A stretch of 63,791 nucleotides of DNA, filler included, from Choristocarpus tenellus KU-1152 (lineage: Eukaryota > Protista > Phaeophyceae), in the NCBI GenBank assembly GCA_964200185.2. It is 9 parts of 9 records of this genome, joined end to end, with 100 filler letters (N's around TTAATTAATTAA, not from the genome) between each part and the next. Parts side by side here need not be neighbours in the genome. Positions count along the whole stretch, not along the records: positions 13,549 to 20,060 come from CAXNAD020007972.1; positions 20,161 to 23,991 come from CAXNAD020017685.1; positions 24,092 to 27,803 come from CAXNAD020018362.1; positions 27,904 to 31,824 come from CAXNAD020017138.1; 5 more parts are not named here. The stretch is one strand, 5' to 3'. Shown one piece after another: positions 18,922 to 30,699 of this stretch (position 1 is its first letter; each line of letters begins with the position of its first letter). A model generated the notes under the pieces. It searched no databases. It was not told the origin of the DNA and was given only the letters and a program-made list of their open reading frames with translations. The position numbers were made by a program, and so were the translations under genes.

Positions 18922-19842
18922 CTGTTACTGTACTTGGCAACCTCACACACCGCATTGGCAATATTTAGTCTGATCATGACAGCTGCCCACATCAAACTAC
19001 CAACGGCCTCTCTGTACGGGATATTTTCAGCTGCACTTGGATGATCCTCATTCTTGTCTAAAGTCCTCGAGAGATCATGGGGTACCGTCCTTTTCTTTGG
19101 CCCATCCGTACTAAATCTTTGACAAATGCTCCTGATGTTCTTAGTCCGACTAATGCTTTTCTTGTTTTCTTTGAAATTCTGTCACGTCACATCTCAAGAC
19201 CCATATAGTACTCAAAATCACCAAAACCTTCTATAGAAAACTGCTCCTTGGTCCTAGAGCGAACCCAAATCAAAACATCATCTATTCCTGTTACCAGAAG
19301 ATGTTCAATGCTGGGGGCTATTGATAAAAGGTGACATGTCTTGATGGCGGTTTCATAGACACCATTATGACCTTGAAGTCCTAGATTTTATATATTTGTC
19401 TTGTAAATCGTGACTATTCATATTTATTTACTATTTAGTCCTTATCATGCCCCCACATCGTACATTGTTGCTAGTTCATTATATATGGTGATATTGATAA
19501 TTATGAAGGGAGTAAATCCAAGTGAGAGATCCAGCATACTTGACGACTTGTGCATCAGGAGTCCTGTGCGCACATCAGTGCCATCTATATGCTTGTGGAC
19601 CGGAGCTATGCATCCCATTGGAGGCAAGCTATGGTGCTATAACTCTATTACAGCACAAACAACGCAGTTCATTGCATAGTGCAACACACAGGGATCTGCT
19701 CTGCATTGGTTACAACTGCATTGTTCCAAAACGTGCACCAACAGATCGTTGAATTCCCAGAGTCAACAATGGAGTAGAATTGGAGACACATATATAATGT
19801 AACTATGATGTCAGCACACACGAGCAGGAATAATATCTGCAA

Positions 19843-20060
19843 GAGTGAAAGTATCTTAGAGGGTATGAGTTTTTCCCTGTTTGTCCATTTGGGGCTTGGC
19901 TTCCTACGGGTTTATAATGACATTTTACCTGCTCCAAAATGTTCGGAGCAGGTAAAATGCATACGTTATGAAAAGGTGTATCCGAAACAAGGGTACCAAC
20001 ATCTCCAAACAAATACCATAGCCAAAATTACATCAAAATTGCAACATTGGATTTTGACCC
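19843..20060. mobile_element. MITE family A, truncated by contig end
   Basis: Starts GAGTGAAAGTATCTTAGAGGGTA followed by family A internal sequence. Confidence 0.88.
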
Positions 20061-20160
20061 NNNNNNNNNNNNNNNNNNNNNNNNNNNNNNNNNNNNNNNN
20101 NNNNTTAATTAATTAANNNNNNNNNNNNNNNNNNNNNNNNNNNNNNNNNNNNNNNNNNNN
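20061..20160. other. Artificial contig linker
   Basis: N44-TTAATTAATTAA-N44. Confidence 0.98.
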
Positions 20161-20283
20161 CCCCCCGTCCCAGATACTTTGGGTCTTCCTAACAAGCACG
20201 ATGGTCAAAATTACATCAAAATCACAACATTGGGTTTTGGCCCCCAAATTGACGCGGCTCTACCCTCTAAGATACTTTTACTC
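20161..20283. mobile_element. Family B end (20161-20185) nested in a partial family A copy (20186-20283)
   Basis: CCCAGATACTTTGGGTC directly abuts family A internal sequence ending TACCCTCTAAGATACTTTTACTC. Confidence 0.8.
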
Positions 20284-21385
20284 TGCCTCCTGGTCGGGTC
20301 TGGAGAAGGACGACTTCTCTCTCGTGGATGGCGCCCGTTTCGGACTTGAACTTGTCAAGGTTGAGCTCGGACGTGTCGTTTTTGTCCGGCGTGATCACAA
20401 TGTTTGTAACTCGTGTTATCTCTGTGATGGTGGAGGAGTAGGCAAAGGATGTGGCGAAGTAGGAGTCAAAACAACGGGAGGAGGTGTTAGCGTCAGGAGG
20501 CAAGAGATGAGGTAGAGGTTGGTGAGAAGGAAGGGGCTGAGGAAAGGATGGATGGATTAGAGTACTTGCGGTTCGTTAAACTTGGGTGGATTATTCGAGC
20601 CCATAAATCAGGAAGACAAATAGGGCTGGTAACATAGGGTGAAGAGGATGCGTATAGGACTAGCATGTAACCGCGACATAATTTCCCTTCTTTTGCCGGG
20701 TTCTGTCGATCGGTACAACATGGCGAAGGTATGAATCAATCTGTTCGACGAGCAACTTCACAACATATAAAGCCGGAGAACCCTCTGATAATGTTCGTTG
20801 TGAAAGTGTCAAACGTTGGTAAGATATCTGTGAGGGTCTAGGTTGTGTGTTTGGTGTAGGGAACCATGTTTTGATGTTAATATCCAAAGCGCGGCAAGAC
20901 TGTTGGGACTGTGTGTGTCGATTTGAAACAGTAACCCTGAGCAGGAAAATATCACGTCGAATCTCGAAAGTGAAAGATGAAGATGAAAGAAATTTACGCG
21001 CCGACCCGGGTTAGATGTCGGGAGGGCAACCATGCACAGGTTTATGCTTGACATATGGCAGACAGTGATGAATGAATTTGATGTGTTCTGTCGAACGGTA
21101 AAGGCCATCAATTGCCAAAGCTCGGCAAGAAGGTTGGGGGTGTGTGTGTCCACTTGAAATACGAACAATCTGAGCAGGAAAACATTACGTCGAACTGCGA
21201 GAGTGAAAGATGAAGATGAAAGGGATTTACGTGCTGACCCAGGTTGGATGTCGAGAGGGCAAACATGCGCACGTTTGTGCTTGACATAAGGCAGATAGTA
21301 AGGAATGAATTTGGTGTGTTCTGTCAAACGGTAAAGGCCATCAAATTCCAAAGCGCGGCAAGACGGTTGGGGGGTGTGTATGTCC
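20284..21385 (-). repeat. Unidentified dispersed element, copy 1, followed by a ~232-bp tandem module
   Basis: 20284-20883 aligns with 28780-29400. The module CCAAAGC(G/T)CGGCAAGA recurs at 20884, 21115 and 21348. Confidence 0.8.
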
Positions 21386-21757
21386 ATTTCCGATACGACG
21401 AACCTTATCAGAAAGGTTCCAATGGTATCGGAGCCCTTACACGTGTGTATCGAAGGTGTCACCACGTCACCCTGGACAGACGGATGTTGTGGTGCGTGAA
21501 ATTGCATCGTGGAGTCTTGCTTCTATTTCGGATCAGTTGTCTGATTACTCCCAACATATGTGACTGCAACACATGTTCCAATATCGGGAAAAGGTTCGGT
21601 CGAATTCGCTGTAGTCATTTCAGATGAAAGCTATTGAATTGATTCTACGCTGACGTGTTCGATGCAAGGTGAAATCTGTAAATGGCGGATTGGGATTAGT
21701 GTTCAAAATGTAGGTGATTTAGTTTGATTAAGGGGCTAGGGTTGGTATCATGGGTGC

Positions 21758-22003
21758 GGGTCGAAATATCTTAGGGGTAGGGCCGTGTTCATTTGGCGGC
21801 CGAATTCAAATGTTGCATTTTTGCCTTAATTTTTGCCATCACTATTGTTTGGAGATGTCAACGTCCTCTTTCCGAATACTCCTTTCCATAATGTAGACAT
21901 TGTACTTCTCCAAGAAAAATTGGAGTAAGTACAATGTCGTTGAAAACCCGTGAGCAGCCAAGCCCCAAAAAACGACCAGCAAAAACCTCGTGCCCTCTAA
22001 CAT
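21758..22003. mobile_element. Diverged MITE family A copy, right TIR cut by the tandem array
   Basis: GGGTCGAAATATCTTAGGGGTA...CTCGTGCCCTCTAACATA. Confidence 0.75.
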
Positions 22004-22702
22004 AGAGCGTCGAATTTGAAAATGCTGGTGTTATCACTGCTGACAGGCGGTGTGTACACAGTTGTAAGGTAATAAGTACAGAGCATCGAATCTGATAATG
22101 CTGGTGTTACCACTGCCGACAGGTGGTGTGTACACGGTTATAAAGGTAACAAATAAAGGACATTGGATCTGAAAATGTTTGTATTACCACTGCTGACAGC
22201 AGGTGGTGTGTACACGGTTGAAAACGTAATGAATACAGGGCATCGGATTTTGAAAGTGTTGGTGACACCACCATCTGCAGCTGGTGAGTACACGGTTATA
22301 GAGGTAACAAATACAGGGCATTGAATTTGAAAATGCTGGTGTTACCACTGCTGACAGCTGGTGTGTACACGGTTAGAAACGCAAATAAATACAGGGCATC
22401 GAATTTGAAAATGTTGGTGTTACCACTGCTGACAGCTGGTGTGTACACGGTTAGAAACGCAAATAAATACAGGGCATCGAATTTGAAAATGTTGGTATTA
22501 CTACTTCTGACAGGTGGTGTGTACACGGTTGTAAAGGCAATAAATACAGGGCATCGAATTTGAAAATGTTGGTATTACCGCTGCTGCCAGCTGGTGTGTG
22601 CACGGTTATAAAGGTAATAAATACAGGGCATCGAATCTGAAAATGTTGGTGTTACCACCATTGGCAGCTGGTGTGTAGACGGTTGTAAAGGTAGCAAATA
22701 CA
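22003..22702. repeat. Minisatellite, ~77-78-bp unit, ~9 copies
   Basis: Unit approx. AAATACAGGGCATCGAATTTGAAAATGTTGGTGTTACCACTGCTGACAGCTGGTGTGTACACGGTTAGAAACGCAAAT; anchor GAAT(T/C)TGA at 22012, 22088, 22323, 22401, 22479, 22556 and 22633. Confidence 0.95.
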
Positions 22703-23991
22703 ACCACTTGGGTACACCATCATGTCAGCCACATGCCAATACATCCTACGTGAACGGACGAAAGTCGCAACATCCGCCAAAGGCGCTAAATTATGACGGT
22801 GTGTTTGTGATATTGGTCATTCAGAGACGCTCCAGTGTAGGCTGCACGAAGGGTGAACGTTTCTTGTATGGGGACTCACCTTCTGGTTCCCTTTGGAAGC
22901 ATGGCGGCGTTCGGTGGTTGGACTAAGCCTCTCAGTTGATCTCGAGATGTTTGCATCAAGTGGGCACGCTGGAAATGGGACAGGAGAAACAAACAGAAGG
23001 AGAGAGAGAAAATGTTTTGCGCATCGAGTAAGGCCCAGAGAGGATGGCATGTTGCGGTCGGTTCACATCATCCTCCAGTCGTATGCACCTGATAACCTTG
23101 CACGAAGTGGAAATCTTTCTTCATTAGTGCAAGAGGGTCAAAGCTTTGAGTTTGCACTCTTTTTTTTCATATATTTGCAGTTTTGTAGAATTATGTTATA
23201 GTGCATAACAGAAAACTTTCGTCTAACCACATATGCGACAAATCCCACACTCCCTCACTCTGTTGACAACAAACCAACAGGCCTGGACAATATAGAGGAA
23301 TTGTTGTCGCAGTTCTTCGAGAGGACCACACTCATCGTATCGCAGATATATAATGACGACCCGCCAGCCACTAGGGCATCTCGCTAACAACGGGAATGAA
23401 CTCGTGGACTCCAGAGGGGTAGACCCCAGGACATCCCAAAGGTGAGGTTAGGCCTCTGTCGCAGCAAGACACACTCTAATGTAGCCTGTGCGTTCTGTAA
23501 TTATTACCTGAAGGAGGGATTTTAGCGCTTGAAGACTAGACATAGCGAAGCATATGGTCACCATATCCTTCCGAAATCACACATTTGCATCGAAATCAGA
23601 GAGACGTGTTGTTCATCAGTTCCGCCGTAGTTCCGAACCGGTGATGCGCACATCCTTCCTCCCACCAAGAGCAGAACGAAACCTAACGATGAAGTTTGTG
23701 TTCTCCGATATCCGCATTCCGATATGTATCAGAACCAAACAATGTTCCTTCCAGTTTCTGTTCCCAATCCCAACCCTAACCCTGTGCCCTAACCCTAACA
23801 CCGTCCCTCACCCTTACACAATAATGAAATTATGCCAAGTCATGTTTCGCTCTTCCTTTTCATCTGCTTGCCTCTTGTCATTTTTGCTATACTTTACCGT
23901 TCGACAAAGTATGGCAAAAATTGCTGCTGTCCACATACCAACCTATTTGAAGCCACACGCATCATGTCATTTGATCAAAGTATCTGGGGGG

Positions 23992-24091
23992 NNNNNNNNN
24001 NNNNNNNNNNNNNNNNNNNNNNNNNNNNNNNNNNNTTAATTAATTAANNNNNNNNNNNNNNNNNNNNNNNNNNNNNNNNNNNNNNNNNNNN
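23992..24091. other. Artificial contig linker
   Basis: N44-TTAATTAATTAA-N44. Confidence 0.98.
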
Positions 24092-24442
24092 AAATCCCCC
24101 CCCCCCCCACACACACACACAAACAAAATCGTGTCATTTTTTTATACAGAAAAACAAAAAAGTGAATGTAAATCCCATTTTCAATTTTAAAAATATGTTA
24201 AAAGATTTTATAAAAAGTACATGCGAAAAAAATACACACAGAGACAAACAAAAAAAATGTTTTCACCAATCACACAAAACATTAACAAAGCAATAAAAAA
24301 ACATCACAAAATACATACACCAGCAACCCAAGCAGAGTAGATGAGCATTAAAAATGTGTAGTAACAGTAACCACCATGGCAGAAACCCACGGTTGCACAT
24401 TCAGTCAACCACAACAAAGTTCAAATTCAGGGCCACATCATT

Positions 24443-24651
24443 GCCACAGCCACAGCCACAGCCACAGTCATAGCCACAGCCACAGCCACAGTCACAGTCA
24501 CAGCCACAGCCACAGCCACAGTCACAGTCACAGCCACAGTCACAGCCACAGCCACAGCCACAGTCACAGCCATAGTCACATCCACAGCCACAGCCACAGC
24601 CACAGTCACAGTCACAGTCACAGCCACAGTCACAGTCACAGTCACAGCCAC
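24443..24651. repeat. (CACAGY)n hexanucleotide microsatellite
   Basis: About 35 units of CACAGC/CACAGT. Confidence 0.97.
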
Positions 24652-25761
24652 CATTGGAAGTTGGTTCCACCACACCACAGGTCGAACAAGTACGGTTGGA
24701 GAAAAGGGGGGAAAAGAGTGGGTGACAAAATAGGGTATTTGAGGTGTATGCAGCTACAAGGTACAACCCCATACTAGTTAATATAGAGGATATTAGTAAC
24801 AGCAGAAAGATAGCAGAGGAAGAGAAAAAGTAATTGAATCCACAGAAGCGATCCCTCGACTATATTTCTTATTATTATTATTCCAGATGGGGTATGGTAC
24901 GTTATGGTATGGTATGGTATGGTATGGGCAAGGGCAAGGGTGAGGTTAAAGGTAAGCCTCTCAGCCCTAACCCTAATACATAATATCACGAAGTCCACTC
25001 CTAGGAAATAGATTGTGATACGCCTCCGACAAACCCATCCACACGAACCATGTCAGCTTGACTTTCAAATCACAAAAATATCACTCTATAGAATTATCTG
25101 ACACTTCTTCAAACAGCAGAAATAGTGAAAATCTCTAAAAGTAGATTCCGTGTGTTTTAAGATATTCAAACAACATCGACAAAAATTCAAATTATCAGAA
25201 CATACGGAGCGACCGACCGCTGGTCGCGATTGGGCATCAAGGGAGCATCAAGGGCACTTCTTCTTTTTTAATCACCGACTGAAACCGCAGAGAAAAATCG
25301 TAGAACTGTATCAAAGTTCGAGACAACTCCACGCGATTCTATTCTCAGAACAAAAACGCTCGGAACAATCTTCCATACCCGAACAAAAATATATTCTTTT
25401 TAGAAGCACGAAGCGATTAAACTTCGTGGTATCATAGTCTCCAAAATAATCTAGAATATTCACACCACTACCCCCACCCACGTCAGGGACCCACTCTCGG
25501 AGCAAAAAAAAAAATTCAAAAAAAAGCTGTAGTAACATTACCAACGATTACATACGCACAATAACAGAATCTTTTTCAAAACAGGTAGAGCACCTCAACC
25601 GACTCAGCAAACAGCGCACCACTGCTTTTCATTAACACAATCAACATTAAAAAAAAAGAGTTCAAACAATTAGTTAAGAGTTTACAGACGAAGCTCTATC
25701 AGAAGAGGAACAAAATAAAAAAAAATGATAAATAGCAACCCCCCAAACCCCCCCCCCCCCC

Positions 25762-25823
<62 letters not shown>

Positions 25824-25928
25824 CCCAAACCACCCCCCCCCCAAAAAAAAAAAAAAAAAAGGGAAAACACAAACAAAAAACAAAAAAAATTGTGGGTAAT
25901 TCGCCAACAACATCCCTTTATCTCTCAC

Positions 25929-26103
25929 CTCCCCTCGAGCTTGTAGAGCAACGAAGCTATCCTCCCTGTAGTACTCCTGCCAGGAGTGGGTGAAGTGGAG
26001 ACACTTGTCGTGGGGGAGGATGGTAATGTCGTCCTCGGGTGCCTTGGAATGTATGGGGACCACCACATACTTCTTGGGAAGTAGCGACTCACTTGACAAG
26101 TGC
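25929..26103 (-). CDS. Putative internal exon of an unidentified gene
   Basis: CAG acceptor, GTGAGA donor, 175 nt open: HLSSESLLPKKYVVVPIHSKAPEDDITILPHDKCLHFTHSWQEYYREDSFVALQARGE; a GC-rich island in low-complexity DNA. Confidence 0.45.
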
Positions 26104-26214
26104 CTGCATGAATTTGCGTGTACGTGTGATGAATGCTTCAATTACATGTGTTTTTTTATGATACCACAGAAAAAACAACAAAGTATGGAACAATCTCTTA
26201 CCCTCTTCTCTCTC

Positions 26215-26247
<33 letters not shown>

Positions 26248-27036
26248 ACAACTAATGTGTGTGCTAGGACAAGAAAAAAAATATAACAGCCCTAAAAATG
26301 TCAAACGCCAAATCCATCCTGTAAAAATTAAATCCCCCGAAACCATACATCTCCACACTTCATTATAAAAACAAAAAAATCGGGTACTAACCCTAACCCC
26401 AGCCCATACATAACCCCCCCAAACAGCTTTCCTCTGACCCTCCTCATTAGGCCAATAAAAATACAGTTAACTCCACTGCACCACTACCACACCTACCCCA
26501 GATAGCACCAAGGATGACAGCACCCTCTCTCACGAGAAAACCTTCAAAGTTTGAGAATGCACCTCCTACAAGAGGACAGACACTCTCAAGGTGGCGCCTA
26601 CCTACACCCACTCGATGATTACATTCAACGCAAACATGCAACATGTTTTTAGTTATGTTACTGGACTCTTACGTTCTCCAAGCACGTGGCGGTCACCTAC
26701 TGTTATGGGATATGAAAAACACACAAACACACAAACACACACACACACTAACTAACACACTAACTGACACACACACACTAACTAACACACCGGAACACAT
26801 GCTAGTGACAAAGACACTTGAACTCTTTTGAGGTATGTGAACTTAACGCACCACACCTAGTACCATACCAAGAACATCAAACACAGTGCAACAATGCAGT
26901 TATCAACACACTGAAGCCAACATCCTATCACCACTGTTACTGACATACATAATGCCACTGTTATTAACATACATAATAACCGGTATTGCAAGAACCTGCA
27001 GCAACAGACTCGCTTCCACTTAGTAAGACACTACTC

Positions 27037-27075
<39 letters not shown>

Positions 27076-27803
27076 TTACCATTACTAGCACTGTGGAAAG
27101 TTAAGGAATCCCTCTGTGAAGTATGATATCAGTTTACGGGATTCACATCAAGACCATACAACAAGACCATACAACAATTACATCAGTTTTTCTGGGGGTC
27201 TTGTAAAAGACTGTTACATGGTTACCTCAAAATCTCACAAAAATTAAACATACTCTTCCATTATCTACTCTACGCCACCCACTGCGAAGTCACAAAAAAC
27301 GCCTTTCCAATGCAATACAAGAACTGATGCTGAACAGAGGGCGTAGTAGTAGTCTTTTTCTCCCATTACAATCTATCTGAATGTTACAGATTGAATGTTA
27401 CAGTAAAAAGTAAAATCCAACATATCACCTAGCACACCGTACATCAACTGAACACCTCTCATTAAAAAAAAAAAACACAGCAAAAAAATAAATGCATCCT
27501 AAAACAAAAAAAAACACATCTTCTTGAAAAAAAAAAAAAAAAGTAACTAAGAGACGGGGACGGGGGATGGCACACACAAAGAGCCCCCAGGGTGCACATA
27601 ATCTCTAAGCAGAAGCAGATTACAAAACCAATGACGCCTCAAAATAATAAACCAATCACTAGAGAGTAGGGGGAAACGGTTCAAGGCAAAAAAACATTTT
27701 TTGATGTGTTACAGATTGACCGACAAGCAAGAACTCCATACGGCGGCGGCGGGGGGGGGGGGGGACCCAAGGTTGTGCCCATGCTCAAGAGAAGGAATCC
27801 ACA

Positions 27804-27903
27804 NNNNNNNNNNNNNNNNNNNNNNNNNNNNNNNNNNNNNNNNNNNNTTAATTAATTAANNNNNNNNNNNNNNNNNNNNNNNNNNNNNNNNNNNNNNNNN
27901 NNN
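27804..27903. other. Artificial contig linker
   Basis: N44-TTAATTAATTAA-N44. Confidence 0.98.
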
Positions 27904-28040
27904 ATGGGAAGCCAAGCCCCAAATGGACAAACAGGGCAAAACTTGTACCCTCTAAGATACTTTCACTCTGCACTTTTCCTGATTTTGCCCCAAATGGACA
28001 CCCTGGTGTAGACCCCTCCCCCCCCCCAGATACTTTGGGT
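27904..28040. mobile_element. Family A end (27904-27968) nested in a family B copy (27969-28040)
   Basis: ...GATACTTTCACTC|TGCACTTTTCCTG...CCCCAGATACTTTGGGTC; the second part matches the reverse complement of 13310-13365. Confidence 0.8.
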
Positions 28041-28504
28041 CAATATCGTCGTAGGTGTTCCCTCGTACCTTGGACTCGTTGCCGCTGCTGACCACTGAAT
28101 GGGCGTTTAGGGACATTCCGGGGTCACTCCTGACAGGTGTGGACTCTGAGCCCGTGCCTAGCCTCCCCCCCACATCCTCTTGTACAAATTCCTCTGGACC
28201 TGACAAAGTGTTACAATCGGGTCGATCCCCATTGCCTTCAGAGCCGTGTTCCGAGGGTGTGGTTGGATGCACCCTCCCCCATATAGTGTCCTGCTTCCCG
28301 CACCTACTATAGGGTTAGGCGATGGGTTATCCTGTTCCTCTTCATCACCTAGTGGGTTGGGTCTTCCACAAGGTATTGGCGTGGATACTCCACCAGCTGC
28401 CGGTATCTTCACCAGCGCAAAATTGCGGAAGGTGGAGAATTCGTCCATGAGGAGTTGGATACGATCTGGATCAAGTTATCCCTGAGGGCGGTGCATGTGA
28501 TTAT

Positions 28505-29400
28505 GATGCCTCGGGGTCAGAGTGGAATTATCTTAGAGGGTACAAATTTTGCCATGTTTGTTCATTTGGGGCTTGGCTTCCTGCGGGGTTTTTCTACGAC
28601 ATTTTTCTACTTCAAAATGTTTCAGAGTAGGTCAAATGTATACGTTATGAAAAGGTGCGTCCGGAACGAGGATACTGACACTTCCTAACAAACACGGTAG
28701 CCAAAATTACATCAAAATCGCGACATTGGATTTAGGCCCCCAAATGTACGTGGCCCTACCCTCAAAGATACTTTGACTCTCGGGTCTGGAGAAGGGCGAT
28801 TTCTCTCTCGTGGGTGGCGCTCGTTTCGGACTTGAACTTGTCAAGGTCGTGCTCGGACATGGCGTTTTTCTCTGGAGTGATCACAATGCTTGTGACTCGT
28901 GTTTTCTCTGTAATGGTGGACAAGTAGGCAAAGAACGAGGCGAAGTATGAGGCAAAACAACGGGAAGATGTGTTAGCGTTAGGAGGCAAGGGATGAGGCA
29001 GAGGTTGGTGAAAAGGAATAGGCGAAGCAGGATATAGAGGAGGAGGCAGAGGCTGAGGAAAAGATGGATGGGATAGAGTACGTGCGGCTCGTCATACTTG
29101 GGCGGATTATTTGAGCCCATAAATCAGGAAGACAAGTAGGGCTTGTAACATAGGGTTAAGAGAATGCGTATAGGACTATTGTACCTAAACCGCGACATAA
29201 TTTCCCTGATTTTTCTGGATTCTTTCGATCGGTATAACACAGCGAAAGTATGAATCAATCTGTTCGACGAGCAACTTCACAACATATAAAACCGGAGAAC
29301 CCTGTGACAATGTACAGTGCGAAACTCCCCAACGCCGGTAAGATCTGTGAGGGTCTAGGCGGTGTGTTTGGTGTAAGGAACGATGTTTAATGTTAATGTA
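28505..29400 (-). repeat. Unidentified dispersed element, copy 2
   Basis: Colinear with 20284-20883. Minus-strand peptides are conserved (YVVKLLVEQIDSY, LDKFKSET..HERE..LLQTR). Confidence 0.8.
28520..28779. mobile_element. MITE family A copy
   Basis: Both TIRs; flanks TCA/TCG. The empty site is visible in the paralog at 20284-20305. Confidence 0.9.
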
Positions 29401-30699
29401 TGGCGATGTTGTACAATGATGTAATTGCTTGCCTGCGTGTTCGCCACTGGTGTTCAGGGTAACGCCCTCAGAGTATTCGACGATGTCCGCGTATTTTGTA
29501 CCTTCCTCCACATCCTCCCTCAACACGAGGTCCCTTTTCACCTGTGGATTTTATGGGGTTACATTCATGTGCGCGATCTGGGCGTTTATTGTGTGAGGTG
29601 ACTTGCTACAAACTCAAATACGGTGGACAGATGCGATGATGAACCTCACACTCCGTTGAGTACCTCTTCACTCAGGATGTATTTTTTCTTTGGAGGAGTC
29701 TCTTCTGAAGACCCTGCTGAGGAGTCGTCAGCATAGGGGTCGATCCCGAGCTCGTCTTTCCTCTTGAGGTCGTTCATGACCTTCACGGCGACCTCTAGGA
29801 CAGGCCTCTTGATGAGGACATTCTTGGTGTGCATTCTTCTTAAGTATGTCAATTGGATCTTCCACGGCTGCGATGCCCACTCCTCCTCCGCCTGAGCAGC
29901 AGATGCAGGGTCTGGATCACCGTCCCCTGGTCTGTTCTTCTTCCCCTTTCCTCGCGTCCTCTTCTTCTTTCCTTTGTCCTGGTCGGCCAGGGGTCGTTTG
30001 TTCCGGACGCCCCTTAGAGTGTGGGAGAACTGTCATAGAGAAGCGCATGGGTAGTGGAATGGCAAGGCACATGCATGACATGGGTGTCTGCCTCGCGGGG
30101 CACGAACTTGACGGTAAACATTTCGGCTGTTGCAGGGTCAGCAGGGAGGTATATGTATATACATCCACACGTTGGTTGAATCGTCGCGGTCAAAGATTAA
30201 CTTACCCATTCCTCTGGAAATGCCTCCGTCCCGACAACATACATCAATGAGAGCGCATCAGTTGGCAATTGTTTGCCTGCCTGCTCTGAGAAGACGTGCG
30301 CAGTCACTTCGACATCATCGCACCAGCGATGGCCTTGGGCGGTCTCCCCTCTGAGGATGGCTAGTCCGACTCCAGCGAGAACATCAGTGCACATTCTTGC
30401 GAAGTACTGCTCCTTGACTTCGTCTGTGAGCTACATGTACATTAAATGTGTGATGGTGTGTCGTTAGGAACCCAGTAAAGAACGAGCTTTGAGGATGTGA
30501 AGGATTTAGGGATAACAGTGAATCGATCAGAGAAGGGTTAACCAGGGGATGGGCGTAGCGCAGCAGAACCCTATGGACTTAGGGTTCTTTGGAAACTGAT
30601 GGCATTTACCGTTCAATGTAACACATCAAATTCCTTCATTACTGCCTGCCCTATGTCAAGTGCGGCGTCGTGTGGGAACAACTTAGTTGGGAATGTTTA

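Larger units (their letters stand above)
17238..19380 (-). mobile_element. Ty1/copia relic: RT C-terminus, RNase H, PPT and probable 3' LTR, with two insertions
   Basis: PYREAVGSLMWAAVMIRLNIANAVCEVAKY (~19020-18930), THWRAVKCILAY, YADASYAGDCHDRRSVTGG...WMSKVQRVVALFSTESQYIAL, RTKHIDV; purine tract AAGGGGAGGA at 17641-17632. The upstream boundary is approximate. Confidence 0.9.

Noticed and set aside
22003-22702. CRISPR-like array
   Set aside because: The variable segments are short and homologous to each other rather than unique spacers; no cas genes; eukaryotic context.
24376-24777. Poly-(HS), (CD/CG) and (VA/VT) proteins
   Set aside because: Translations of a hexamer microsatellite; no splice or homology support.
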